A DNA stretch of 32,481 nt from positions 17,916 through 50,396 of the forward strand of contig JAZKIQ010000004.1 of the NCBI GenBank assembly GCA_040384765.1, read 5' to 3'. Below are positions 8,813 through 18,148 of this stretch, piece by piece. Position 1 is the first letter of the stretch, and every line of letters begins with the position of its first letter. The stretch is from Patescibacteria group bacterium. GTDB taxonomy: Bacteria > Patescibacteriota > Minisyncoccia > Phycocordibacterales > JBBUBG01. Below the pieces are notes generated by a model. It did not search any database. It saw nothing but the letters and a program-made list of their open reading frames with translations, and was not told the origin of the DNA. The position numbers were made by a program, and so were the translations under genes.

Positions 8813-11800
8813 CTATTGGTTCCTTCCGGTTAGCTTGCCTTTCCGTACCAGCTTCGCAAATCGCTTAGAGATTTCTTTTATTTCAGATTCCTCAATTCCG
8901 CTTTTTGGTCCGCCAGTTACCTTTTCTTGCTCGAGGTAGGTTTTGAGAATCAGGCCAAATGTACTCTCCCAGTTTTTTATATCTTTTATACCCGCCTTCT
9001 CCCCTTCAGTTTGTATGGTGCCGACATACTCAACAGCCTTTTCGGCTAGGTTGTTTTTAAGCGCATCGTCGAGGAGCACTACTGCTTTCATGTACGGAGC
9101 GATTCTCTTGAGCGAAAGAGTCTCCCCGTATCTATTCGTAACGTTTGCCTTTTCCAAAAAGGCATTAAACGGAGCATTATTGGGGCTCATCAATGCAGTA
9201 AGTTTCACCTCACGAATCTCTTCCGGAGAAAGTCCGCTGGTCTCAAAGGTCGGCCCCTCTGTCCTGGGTGCTGTTTCTGGCACCGTTTCCCCTGCTGTGG
9301 ACTCCGCATCTTCTGGTGCAGTAGGTCCCTCATCGTTTTCAGAAGTTGCCTCGCTCGCTGAGACATCATTCTCATCTGGATACTCTCTCGTCTTTCGTTT
9401 GCGCAGTGGTTTTACGTCGTCCACTTTCTCTGGCGCCTTCACCTTCACGTCCGTCTGCTCTCTATTCGAGCTGCGTTTGTAGATGTTCTTATATGAATCC
9501 CAGTACTGAATGTGTGAGTTTGCGTTTTCGAGGCCGCCGAATCTGCCAAATGGACCTCCAAACGTGCCGTGGTCAATTTTGTACATATCCCCTTCCGCAG
9601 ATTTAATCTCCTTCGAGTACTCCTTCAGTTTTTCGCGGATGGTGGCTGTTGCATCTCCCTTGAGCCCGACAGATTCATATTCGTGTAGTATTTCTGCAAA
9701 CTCTTTATGCTTAGCCTTCGCTCCTTCGATCGTAAGGGTAAGCTCCTTCTTCTTTTCCATGAGCGCATCGCGCTTCTCGACAAACGGCTTCATGATCGTG
9801 TCGTATTCGCCAATCACCTTTTCGCACACTTTGTTGCGGTTCGCTTCGTAGCGATTGAGCGAATCACGGTGAGCCTCGAGCTTGGTGCGAAGGAAATCCT
9901 TGTTCGCCTGCTCTTTCTCGATCTTCCGTTCGATCTGGGCAAGGGCGCGGTGATGCTGCTCAGCCGCCTTGCCAGAGATGATACCGCCCGACTTCTCTTT
10001 TATCTTTTCAAAAAGGCCAATCTGAATATCACGTACCTTTGCGTATTTACCAAGCGTGAGCTCGCTATTTTTGAACTCTTGGTCGTATTTGGCTACTTTT
10101 CCTCCCGATCTGTCTACAAACCACTGGTGATACCCCACATGGAGCGAATCGAGCTTCTGGACGATCGGCGATCGGCGGAACTCTCCCACGAGCCTGCGCT
10201 TTGCCCCGTCGAGGCTTGCCTCTAGATACTGCTTCGCCGAGCCGCCTAGCTTTTCGTACCAAGTGAGCCCGTCAGCGCCTACTTCCTTAATGAGCGCCGC
10301 TTTCTCGGCATCGGTCATTGTTTCTGCTTTTGCTAGTCTCTCGTCAATATTAAGACCAGCGACTTCTTTTTCCAGAGCCGCCAATCGGACCAGAGCCGCT
10401 TCTTTCTCTTGTGCCCCCATCTTCTCGCGCATTTTCTTGATCTCTCGAGGATCTATCTCGACTGTTTTTCCTTTTGCGAGCTGTTCCGCTGAGTCCTTTG
10501 CCAGCTTCTCAAGCTCTGCGTCAGTCGCCATGTTACTCCCCTCACGTTTCTTGTAATATTTTGCTCGAAACTGTTCGATGGTTTGAACATCGTCTTCTGG
10601 CTCGATCTCGATCCCCGCGTTTGCTGGATCAGATTCCATTGCGAGCCTTGCGGTCTCCGCAACGGCGTTGCTTCCTGGTGGTACAGCACCTTTTTGCTCT
10701 TCTTCGGCTTGCCGCGCTTTTGCCTCGGTCATTAGCCGTGCTATCTCGGGATCTTCCCCTCGGGTCTCAGGGGGAGTTTCTGTTGGCTTCCCCTTGAGTA
10801 CACCCTCATCTTCCCAGCTCGGACGGTTGGGGTCCAAGACTGGAGACTTTTTCGTTATTTTCTTTGCTGGGTCCACTGCCTCTTTGGGAAGAGGTGTGGC
10901 GCGCAGGTTTACTGCCGGCTTGATTTTCTCGTCACCCTCGAGTTTGCCCTCAGTTTTGTATTTCTCATGGAGCGCATCGAATTCAGCTCCGGCGGCTGCT
11001 AAGAGGCGCTCATTTTCTTCGAGGGCTGCTTTTGACTTTGCTGCCTCGGCCTCCTTTCGAGCTTTTATATCATTATCCCACTCTTTTCTATTCGCAATCT
11101 GCCGTTCAAGCTCAGCCTTCTCTGCTTTATATTGCTCAGGATTTTCCTTCCATGCGGCGGGGACCTCTTGGCCTGGAAGTGGCGTAGCGCGAAGGTTTAC
11201 GCTCGGGCGTTCCTCGGCAGCAATCTCTTTTCGGGCTGGCCGGCCACTATCCAAGGGAGTTGGCCTCAGATTGATGTCGATATTTGCCCCAAACTTGTTT
11301 GCGGCAAGGTCCCTTTTCAGTTGGAAATCGGCCATCTCTCGCTGGGCACGGAGTTTCTCGATCCTTTCTCGCTGGGCAGGGGTTATAGTCCCGGCTTTTT
11401 CTGAAAGATCAATCGGTGGCACCTCTCCTAATATAGGGGTATCTGAAAGGCTCTCACTCGGTCGGGGTTTCTCAGCCTCTTTTGTACTCTCTAGCGCCTT
11501 GCTGCTAGTATCGCCGAGCTCTACTCCAGCTGTTTCAACACCAGCGACGGTTTTTTCTTTGGATTCATTCGCACGAGCGAGCTGCTCGGGAGTCGCACCT
11601 GCTGCCTCGACACGCCCCACGCTCTGCTCAAGGCTCCCTTTGACGGTGCTCTCGGTACGAGCCCGCAGCTCGTGATTTTGTTCGATCTGTTCTAATAGCT
11701 CAGCCTTCCCTTCCGCTGTTTTTTCGAGCGCGGAAGGAGATTCCTTGAGTGCTGCGGCTTGCGCCTCGCCCGCCTTGATCTGATTTTCAATATCCTGCAT

Positions 11801-11842
11801 CTCCGAATCTACTGCCGAAAGTTCACGTCGTGATTTTGCCAT
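8813..11842 (-). CDS. Large charged coiled-coil/low-complexity hypothetical protein
   Basis: 1009-aa ORF rich in E/K/A, no TM segment or recognisable catalytic motif, three copies of (I/V)NLR(P/A)TPL. Confidence 0.85.
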   Translation of the reverse strand: MAKSRRELSAVDSEMQDIENQIKAGEAQAAALKESPSALEKTAEGKAELLEQIEQNHELRARTESTVKGSLEQSVGRVEAAGATPEQLARANESKEKTVAGVETAGVELGDTSSKALESTKEAEKPRPSESLSDTPILGEVPPIDLSEKAGTITPAQRERIEKLRAQREMADFQLKRDLAANKFGANIDINLRPTPLDSGRPARKEIAAEERPSVNLRATPLPGQEVPAAWKENPEQYKAEKAELERQIANRKEWDNDIKARKEAEAAKSKAALEENERLLAAAGAEFDALHEKYKTEGKLEGDEKIKPAVNLRATPLPKEAVDPAKKITKKSPVLDPNRPSWEDEGVLKGKPTETPPETRGEDPEIARLMTEAKARQAEEEQKGAVPPGSNAVAETARLAMESDPANAGIEIEPEDDVQTIEQFRAKYYKKREGSNMATDAELEKLAKDSAEQLAKGKTVEIDPREIKKMREKMGAQEKEAALVRLAALEKEVAGLNIDERLAKAETMTDAEKAALIKEVGADGLTWYEKLGGSAKQYLEASLDGAKRRLVGEFRRSPIVQKLDSLHVGYHQWFVDRSGGKVAKYDQEFKNSELTLGKYAKVRDIQIGLFEKIKEKSGGIISGKAAEQHHRALAQIERKIEKEQANKDFLRTKLEAHRDSLNRYEANRNKVCEKVIGEYDTIMKPFVEKRDALMEKKKELTLTIEGAKAKHKEFAEILHEYESVGLKGDATATIREKLKEYSKEIKSAEGDMYKIDHGTFGGPFGRFGGLENANSHIQYWDSYKNIYKRSSNREQTDVKVKAPEKVDDVKPLRKRKTREYPDENDVSASEATSENDEGPTAPEDAESTAGETVPETAPRTEGPTFETSGLSPEEIREVKLTALMSPNNAPFNAFLEKANVTNRYGETLSLKRIAPYMKAVVLLDDALKNNLAEKAVEYVGTIQTEGEKAGIKDIKNWESTFGLILKTYLEQEKVTGGPKSGIEESEIKEISKRFAKLVRKGKLTGRNQ

Positions 11843-11845
11843 AGA

Positions 11846-12004
11846 TTATTGGAGAGAGCTCTTTAGTTGCGCTATTTTCTCTAGTCGAATCTCCTCGAGG
11901 ATCTTTTTAATCTCGGCGTCATGCTCGCGCTGGAGAGCGCCTACTTGGTCCGCATATTTTAACGCCGCTCCCTTGAGTGCCTGTGCTGCCTCTTCGTTTG
12001 TCAT
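11846..12004 (-). CDS. Small helical hypothetical protein (52 aa)
   Basis: Read manually: MTNEEAAQALKGAALKYADQVGALQREHDAEIKKILEEIRLEKIAQLKSSLQ*, ending 3 nt before the ATG of the 1009-aa gene; below the ORF-track length cutoff. Confidence 0.7.
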   Translation of the reverse strand: MTNEEAAQALKGAALKYADQVGALQREHDAEIKKILEEIRLEKIAQLKSSLQ

Positions 12005-12086
12005 ATAGGTACAATGGTAGCACTCTCTCTCCTGTGGATACCCTGTGTATATCTTTTAGCTTTGCCATTGCCTGGCACTTGCCAAG

Positions 12087-13259
12087 GTGCTACCCTTTTC
12101 ATATACAGACCTTGGCCGATCTCCCTCCCTGTCCGCCCCACCGCTTCCCCTTCACGATACCTATTTGGGCACTCAAGAACCTATAAAAGCCCCATTTACC
12201 AACGGTAAATCGAGGCATTCTCATTATCGGACAGCTCTTTCCTCCTTTGCGAGGGCTGTTTCGCCATTTCTCGTAGCTTTTTCGCTTCTTCTCGAGCCAG
12301 CAACGGCCGTCGCAAGCTTCTTTTCCGTCGTTTCGGGCTTTTTTGAGAAGGAGACGCCTCTCCATCGAGGGCCGGCGGTTTCGAGCCAGACGATGCCTCT
12401 TCTTGAAGCGGTTGCCAACCCCGATCCAAAGGCCAGCCATATCATCGACCTTTCTATTGTAGACAAGAGCGCTCTTTTGGCGGTCTCTGGCCCGCTTGGG
12501 ACCGATGCAGATATCGAGACGGCCTCTCCCTCGCGCGATCAGATTAGTGTGTACGTCGTACGCGAAGGAGATACGCTTCAGGTGATCGCAAAGCTTTTTG
12601 GAGTATCGGTGAATACCATTATCTGGGCAAACAATCTTGAGAAAGGTGCTGCAACTCCCGGACAGACCCTCGTTATCCTTCCTGTTTCCGGAATCACCTA
12701 TACGGTCAAAAAAGGCGACACGCTCGACTCGATAGCAAAGCGGCTCAAGGGCGATGCTGAGGAGATTGCCGACTTCAACGGAATTCCGCGCACTCATACG
12801 CTTGCTGTAGGCGACGAGATCGTGGTGCCTGACGGCGAAAAGGAGGCGCCGGCACCGAAGGCAAAGCCAAAAGCGAAGACACGCCTTGGTGTCGCACTGC
12901 CTGACAGTGCCTATTTTGCCTGGCCCGTCCCTGCAGGCGTACGCACGCAGGGCATTCACGGACACAATGGCGTAGATATCGGTGCCTCTACAGGTAGCTC
13001 GGTTGTCGCATCGGCCGGGGGTACCGTGATCGTGGCTCGAGGAGATGGAGGGTGGAATGGTGGCTACGGCAACTATGTTGTTGTGTCGCACGCCAATGGC
13101 ATGCAGACGCTCTACTCGCACCTCTCTTCAGTTTCAGTAGTGGTGGGCAAAGTGGTAGGCAAAGGCGCAAAGCTCGGAGCTGTCGGAAGCACGGGGCATT
13201 CTACGGGGCCGCATCTCCACTTCGAGGTGCGTGGCGGCAAAAACCCCTTCGGCTACTAG
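12087..13259 (+). CDS. LysM-domain M23 family peptidoglycan endopeptidase (true start probably downstream of 12087)
   Basis: Two LysM repeats (YVVREGDTLQVIAKLFGVS, YTVKKGDTLDSIAK) and M23 motifs HNGVD, YSHL, STGPHLHFEV. Confidence 0.93.
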   Translation: MLPFSYTDLGRSPSLSAPPLPLHDTYLGTQEPIKAPFTNGKSRHSHYRTALSSFARAVSPFLVAFSLLLEPATAVASFFSVVSGFFEKETPLHRGPAVSSQTMPLLEAVANPDPKASHIIDLSIVDKSALLAVSGPLGTDADIETASPSRDQISVYVVREGDTLQVIAKLFGVSVNTIIWANNLEKGAATPGQTLVILPVSGITYTVKKGDTLDSIAKRLKGDAEEIADFNGIPRTHTLAVGDEIVVPDGEKEAPAPKAKPKAKTRLGVALPDSAYFAWPVPAGVRTQGIHGHNGVDIGASTGSSVVASAGGTVIVARGDGGWNGGYGNYVVVSHANGMQTLYSHLSSVSVVVGKVVGKGAKLGAVGSTGHSTGPHLHFEVRGGKNPFGY

Positions 13260-13380
13260 GACGGTCTAAAATCCCCAACTCCGTCGTTGTCTTCGTCGGG
13301 AAAACCCTCAACGTACCCCATGTACGTCTCAGGCTTTCCCTCCTTGCCGCCTCGGATTTGGCGATTTTATCCTCGTCCTA
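13257..13380 (-). repeat. 124-bp structured dispersed repeat, family A, copy 1
   Basis: Ends TAGGACG...CGTCCTA; its reverse complement aligns along the core with 20127-20250. Confidence 0.75.
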
Positions 13381-13440
13381 CCTTGAGCCACCAGCAGTGG
13401 ATTATTCTCAAAATACGTTGTTATTTCAAGCTAAAAGAGC

Positions 13441-13469
13441 TTGACTTTTTAATAAAAAGGTGCTATAAT
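13441..13469 (+). promoter_or_regulatory. Sigma70-type promoter
   Basis: TTGACT-17 nt-TATAAT with extended -10 TG, upstream of the 163-aa ORF. Confidence 0.8.
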
Positions 13470-13545
13470 ATAGGGGTATCAAATTAGGTTTGTCCTGTTT
13501 GAAAGTGGCCTGCACAAGTAGGGGTCAAAATGTTCTCGACATTAA

Positions 13546-14037
13546 GTGGGGTTTGAAATGGACGACAAGAAGAAGCGCTGGCAGAAGAGCAGGATCACGC
13601 TCGAGGTTAAGTACACGGGAAGCGACAGGAACTGGGGCAATGTTCCAGTTACGCCGATGAACCCGATGGTTACCGCAGCGATCCTGGGCAACTGGGCAAA
13701 GGTGGCCGACATGGTCGCTGATAGCTTCGAACTTCCGCCTAATGGTTGTTTCGAGTGGACACTCAACCTCGATGGCGGACGGGACAACTGGGAGCCGGAA
13801 GACCACGAGGGTTTCAAGCCGATCGGGGTTGCCACGGTGGACGTCTGGGAATACTCCGGCAAGGACACCAAGATCCGATCGAGTGACTACAACCTCTTCT
13901 TTCTCGAAGATGGGGCGTATCCGAAGGGATACCACAACCCCGTCAGCATTGAAGAGATGGCCAAGGCGATCATCGCCCACCTCGTCGAGAACGTCGAGAT
14001 GTGGAAGGTCAAGAACGGCGAAAAGAAGTACCAGTAA
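13546..14037 (+). CDS. Hypothetical protein (start may be ATG 13558)
   Basis: 163-aa ORF with strong C/G third-position bias, downstream of a near-consensus promoter; no family recognised. Confidence 0.8.
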   Translation: MGFEMDDKKKRWQKSRITLEVKYTGSDRNWGNVPVTPMNPMVTAAILGNWAKVADMVADSFELPPNGCFEWTLNLDGGRDNWEPEDHEGFKPIGVATVDVWEYSGKDTKIRSSDYNLFFLEDGAYPKGYHNPVSIEEMAKAIIAHLVENVEMWKVKNGEKKYQ

Positions 14038-14259
14038 GTTCTCGAGAACTTCTCCAAAATCTCGAATGGTGATCTCGGAGGCACCAGACAGACGTCAAAC
14101 AGCCTCCCCTTTACTTTGATCATGAAGACAGCAAGTCTTCGTGATCAGACAGAGGAAAGTTCTTTACATATTGCGGAGTCTCGAATTGAGTTTTGAAAGG
14201 TGCATATACCGATGGAAAACTCCACTATGCACGATTAGTTCAAGATTCAGTTCGGGACT

Positions 14260-14700
14260 TTGAACCCGAGAAGGAGATTGCGAGTGCAGTTGATTAGGCA
14301 AGAAGTAGTTGGACATGATCTACCACATTTCCTCCGACAGGTGGCGAACAAGCTTCCTGATAGGTCAACCTTTCAGGAGACTGTCACCACCATCTTGAGG
14401 CGAACGGAGGGCCTTGATTTCGATCGTCACAAGACGTTTGAGGTTATTGCCCGCGCTGCGCTCGAGGTCGCGATGGAGGCTCCTCAGTACCGCGAGGCGA
14501 TTATTGTGGAGGTGCAAATGAGGCGTCTCGAGGTGTTTCTCAAGCTGGAGGGACGCCCGAGTGTGTTCGGTTTCCATCACACGGGAGCACTCCGGGCAAA
14601 CAAGAAGTACAAGGCGTACGATCTCTGGGTCAGCGTGCCGGATCACCATGCGGACGAATTTTGTTCGATGGGCTGGCTCGCTTCGCCCCAGAGCTGCTAG
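14260..14700 (+). CDS. Hypothetical protein (start uncertain)
   Basis: 146-aa ORF followed directly by a terminator-like hairpin. Confidence 0.6.
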   Translation: MNPRRRLRVQLIRQEVVGHDLPHFLRQVANKLPDRSTFQETVTTILRRTEGLDFDRHKTFEVIARAALEVAMEAPQYREAIIVEVQMRRLEVFLKLEGRPSVFGFHHTGALRANKKYKAYDLWVSVPDHHADEFCSMGWLASPQSC

Positions 14701-14707
14701 TCTCAAC

Positions 14708-14756
14708 AGACCCCCAAGAGAAGACCCGCACGGTTTCTCCGGGGGTCTTTTCTTTT
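14708..14756 (+). terminator. Intrinsic terminator
   Basis: AGACCCCC...GGGGGTCT stem followed by TTTCTTTT. Confidence 0.7.
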
Positions 14757-14777
14757 GCAAAATAGTGGTGCTGGGTG

Positions 14778-14941
14778 CGCTCCCAGGCAGTTCTTCAAAA
14801 AAAGCTTGCGCAGTCGCCCGCAGCAGGGTGCGAGCCTGCTTCTTGCTCAGCAGAGCACAGGCGCGACCGGGCGACGAGCAGCAACTGTCGAGCCCGCAGG
14901 GGTGAGAACAGTGGTTTTTGAGAAGAACCTACCTGGGAGCG
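14778..14941. repeat. Inverted-repeat-bounded multi-hairpin element
   Basis: CGCTCCCAGG-CAGTTCTTCAAAAA pairs with TTTTTGAGAAGAACCTA-CCTGGGAGCG; internal stems GTCGCCCG/CGGGCGAC, GCAGG/CCTGC, TGCTC/GAGCA. Confidence 0.6.
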
Positions 14942-14965
14942 AACGCAGAATGATACAATTGTTTT

Positions 14966-16630
14966 ATGAACGTTTTCAGAACTGAGCTTTCAAAATCGTT
15001 TCGAGGAGATGTTGTTGACGACAGCGAGTCGCTCGAAGTGGCGAGCCGCGACGCGAGTCTTTTTTATGTGCGGCCACAGGTGGTGGTGTTTCCTCGCGAC
15101 GCCAAAGATCTGGAGGTGGTGGTAGCGGCAGCTTTGGCTGCGCGTGCGGCGGGCGAAGATATTTCACTTACCCCGCGTGCTGCTGGCACCGATATGAGCG
15201 GTGGTCCCCTTTCGCAATCGGTCGTCGTCGACTGCATGCGCTACTTTACGAGCGTGCCAGAAGTGGGCGATGGAGTGGCGAGCACCGAGCCAGGAGTTTT
15301 TTATCGCGACTTTGAAAAGGCGACGCTCGAGAAAGGCTGGCTCTTCCCTTCGTATCCTGCCTCGCGCGAGATCGCCGCTATGGGCGGCATTATCGCCAAC
15401 AATGCGGGTGGAGAAAAATCGCTCATGTATGGCAAGACCGCCAACTTCGTGCGTTCGATACGTGCTGTCCTTTCCGATGGGAACACATATCTGCTCCGAA
15501 AACTTTCTCGTGAAGAGCTTGAGGCAAAAAAAGCACTCACCGGATTTGAAGGAAAACTGTACCGCGAGATGCACGCGCTCCTGGCCGACAACTGGAAAAC
15601 AATCAGTGCTGCTCGCCCACACGTCTCGAAAAATTCGACGGGCTATGCACTCTGGGATGCCTACGACCCGAGCGAAGGGTCGATCGATCTTTCAAAAATC
15701 TTCTGCGGCTCGCAAGGTACGCTTGGATTTTGGACACGTGCCGAGCTCGCGCTCATCCGACCAAAGACCGCGCATCGTACCGTTGTCGTGTTGCTCGATG
15801 ACCTTGCCCGCCTCGGCGACCTTGTAAACACGCTTCTTCTCGCAAAGCCTGAAAGCATCGAATCGTTTGACGACAAGACGGTGCGTGTCGCGCTTCTTTA
15901 TTTTGGCGACATTGTGAAACGGCTCAAAGGAAATCTGTTCACGCTTGCCTTCCAGTTTTTGCCCGAGTTTCTCGCCGTTCTTTTTGGAGGGATGCCGAAG
16001 CTGATCGTCGTAGCGGAGTTTACCGGAGAGACCGATGCCGCAGCGCTTGCTGCCGCAAACGCTGCGCAAGAGTCGCTTCGCTCGCTTGGGTATCGCACGC
16101 ATGTCACGCGCTCCGAAAGAGAGAGCGAAAAGTTTTGGGTGATGCGGCGCGAGAGCTTTAGTCTTTTGCGAAAGCATACAAAGCATATGCGCACCGCGCC
16201 TTTTATCGACGACATCGTGGTGCCGCCGCGCGTGCTTCCCGAGTTTCTGCCCAAGCTCTATGCGATTCTCGATCTGTATAAAGCAAAGATGGTGTACACG
16301 ATTGCAGGGCACGTTGGCGATGGCAACTTTCATATCATTCCGCTCATGGATCTTTTGGCACCAGGCGCAGGTGAAGTGATTCGCGAGATGTCTGGCAAAG
16401 TGTACGATCTTGTCTTTTCGTATGGAGGTTCCATGAGCGGCGAACACAACGACGGCTTGGTGCGCACCCCGTTTCTCAGGCAGATGTACGGAGAGAAGAT
16501 GTATGGCCTCTTTGCCAGCACGAAACAGATCTTTGATCCGAACAACCTGTTTAACCCCCGAAAAAAGATAGTGAAGAGTGCAGAGGAGGCCGAAAAGTAT
16601 GCGCTTGCACATCTGGATACAAAGGTGTAA
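14966..16630 (+). CDS. FAD-binding oxidoreductase, GlcD/D-lactate dehydrogenase-like
   Basis: PRAAGTDMSG FAD loop, MGGIIANNAGG, GSQGTLG, AGHVGDGNFH, SGEHNDG, FDPNNLFNP. Confidence 0.92.
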   Translation: MNVFRTELSKSFRGDVVDDSESLEVASRDASLFYVRPQVVVFPRDAKDLEVVVAAALAARAAGEDISLTPRAAGTDMSGGPLSQSVVVDCMRYFTSVPEVGDGVASTEPGVFYRDFEKATLEKGWLFPSYPASREIAAMGGIIANNAGGEKSLMYGKTANFVRSIRAVLSDGNTYLLRKLSREELEAKKALTGFEGKLYREMHALLADNWKTISAARPHVSKNSTGYALWDAYDPSEGSIDLSKIFCGSQGTLGFWTRAELALIRPKTAHRTVVVLLDDLARLGDLVNTLLLAKPESIESFDDKTVRVALLYFGDIVKRLKGNLFTLAFQFLPEFLAVLFGGMPKLIVVAEFTGETDAAALAAANAAQESLRSLGYRTHVTRSERESEKFWVMRRESFSLLRKHTKHMRTAPFIDDIVVPPRVLPEFLPKLYAILDLYKAKMVYTIAGHVGDGNFHIIPLMDLLAPGAGEVIREMSGKVYDLVFSYGGSMSGEHNDGLVRTPFLRQMYGEKMYGLFASTKQIFDPNNLFNPRKKIVKSAEEAEKYALAHLDTKV

Positions 16631-16726
16631 ACCCCCTTTGACAGAGTTTCTCTTCGGGTGTACACCCTGTGGAAACTTTTCTTGACGAGGTTTCACAAAC
16701 TTCCCACTCCTCAAATCTTGAGTAAC

Positions 16727-16759
16727 AAAAGAGCCGCTCCCGAAGGGAGTGGCTCTTTT
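16727..16759. terminator. Bidirectional intrinsic terminator between convergent genes
   Basis: AAAAGAGCCGCTCC-CGAAG-GGAGTGGCTCTTTT. Confidence 0.85.
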
Positions 16760-16769
16760 CTAAACCATG

Positions 16770-18050
16770 CTAATCCGGTGTGATCGATAAAATTGTTGCC
16801 TTGCCCTCCCCAAAACAGTCTTCGACTGCAGCGAGTGTTTGTTCAAAAGTCACCTCATGAAGTTGCTCGAGATACTGGAGCTTGAGCTCGATCTTGCCGT
16901 GGAGTGCGAGGTCGTACATGGCATCTGCAAGGAGTGAGCTCGCTGTCTCTTCTTCGAGATCAAGCCCAAGGAGCGCTTCTCTTTTTTCTCGTTCAAAAAT
17001 CTCGCGACCCTCTTCTTCGACGATCATCCGCAGTCTTTTTGTTTCGGCCAAGATCTCGTTTACCTGTTCGCGGCCGCAGTTCATGGTGAGTCGGTGAATG
17101 GCGATATCTTGATACAGCTCGTTGCGCACGGGCGCGGAGTAGACAAGCTTTTTCTGTTCGCGAAGCCGCTCAAAGAGACTACTCCCCAGTGTTCGCTTGA
17201 GCATATAGCGTGCTGCGTTTGAAACATGCGGAAGTGCCCGCGGACGGAGCACGAGCACTTCAGGAGAAATATTTTTGTCGTAGTGATGGTGGCCCAAGAT
17301 CTCGCTCACATGGAGATGCAGCTCCTTCGGGCGCGGCAGATCTGTTTCGATAAGGGGCACTGCCCTGTAGCGCTCCCCCATACCTACTTCGTCGGCATCT
17401 TGTACAAAGTAGAGGTCAACAAGCTGCGCCATCTCTGTGGCGCTGATCTTCCCAATCGATACGAGGACCGTATTTTTATGCGTGTAGTGGTTCTTCCAGT
17501 GAGTGAGTGCATCATCGAGGGTGACCTGTTCGAGCATCCGCGCAACACCGGCGCTGTCGTAGTAGCGCACGAGGGGGTGCGCTTCGGGAAGAATATTTTT
17601 CCAGATCGCTCGTGCGATGGTGCGCTCGTCGTCGGTGCCGCGTTCTTTTTTTTCACGCTCCACGATGCGCTTTGGTTTTTCAGGATCAATAGCAGAAGGT
17701 GGCAGCCGAAAGATATCGTGCAGGTATGAAAGGCCTGCTGTTGCCCGGACCGCTTTGATGGCCGTCCACATATAGTCGACGGTTGTTGCAAAGCCTTGCG
17801 ACTCGATGATGCCGTGCGTGAGCATATACTCTTCGCGCTCCCCTCGCGTGCGCCAGTGAGGGCGCTCTGCATCGACAATGCAATGTTCAACGAAGTGAGA
17901 AAGATTGTTGAGGTGTGCCGGATCTTGGCGGTGGCCAGCAAACACAATCACCCCGATGCCGTACCAATCGAGCTCGGGCATCTCTTTGTGCCAGAGCTCG
18001 ATTCCTTTTGGAGTTATCTTTTTTTCGAAGTACCAGGGATCGTGTTGCAT
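16770..18050 (-). CDS. M16 (insulinase-like) zinc peptidase family protein
   Basis: HXXEH motif (SHFVEH), C-terminal SSLFERLREQKKLVYS motif, typical ~420-aa length. Confidence 0.88.
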   Translation of the reverse strand: MQHDPWYFEKKITPKGIELWHKEMPELDWYGIGVIVFAGHRQDPAHLNNLSHFVEHCIVDAERPHWRTRGEREEYMLTHGIIESQGFATTVDYMWTAIKAVRATAGLSYLHDIFRLPPSAIDPEKPKRIVEREKKERGTDDERTIARAIWKNILPEAHPLVRYYDSAGVARMLEQVTLDDALTHWKNHYTHKNTVLVSIGKISATEMAQLVDLYFVQDADEVGMGERYRAVPLIETDLPRPKELHLHVSEILGHHHYDKNISPEVLVLRPRALPHVSNAARYMLKRTLGSSLFERLREQKKLVYSAPVRNELYQDIAIHRLTMNCGREQVNEILAETKRLRMIVEEEGREIFEREKREALLGLDLEEETASSLLADAMYDLALHGKIELKLQYLEQLHEVTFEQTLAAVEDCFGEGKATILSITPD

Positions 18051-18053
18051 GGT

Positions 18054-18148
18054 TCATGAATCATGAAACATGAATCATAGATCATGAGATTCAGCATTCG
18101 CTCTGCGAATGCTGAACTTTTTCATGCTCTCTGTTTCATGCTTTATGA
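18054..18148. repeat. Heptamer tandem repeats flanking a perfect hairpin
   Basis: TCATGAA TCATGAA ACATGAA TCATAGA TCATGAG, then TTCAGCATTCGC-TCT-GCGAATGCTGAA (18090-18116), then inverted TTCATGC-type units. Confidence 0.75.

Noticed and set aside
10668-11675. Long + strand ORF of 335 aa (similarly 12099-13121, 15692-16714, 25755-26585, 29604-30365)
   Set aside because: Antisense shadows of well-supported genes, with biased composition and no motifs.
14150-14175. GAGGAAAGTTC resembling the RNase P RNA 5' signature GAGGAAAGTCC
   Set aside because: No matching 3' P4 motif (ACAGAANNCGGCTTA-like) and too little non-coding space downstream.
18054-18148. CRISPR array
   Set aside because: Units are 7-nt tandem repeats without spacers; no cas genes or regularly spaced 25-45 bp repeats anywhere in the window.
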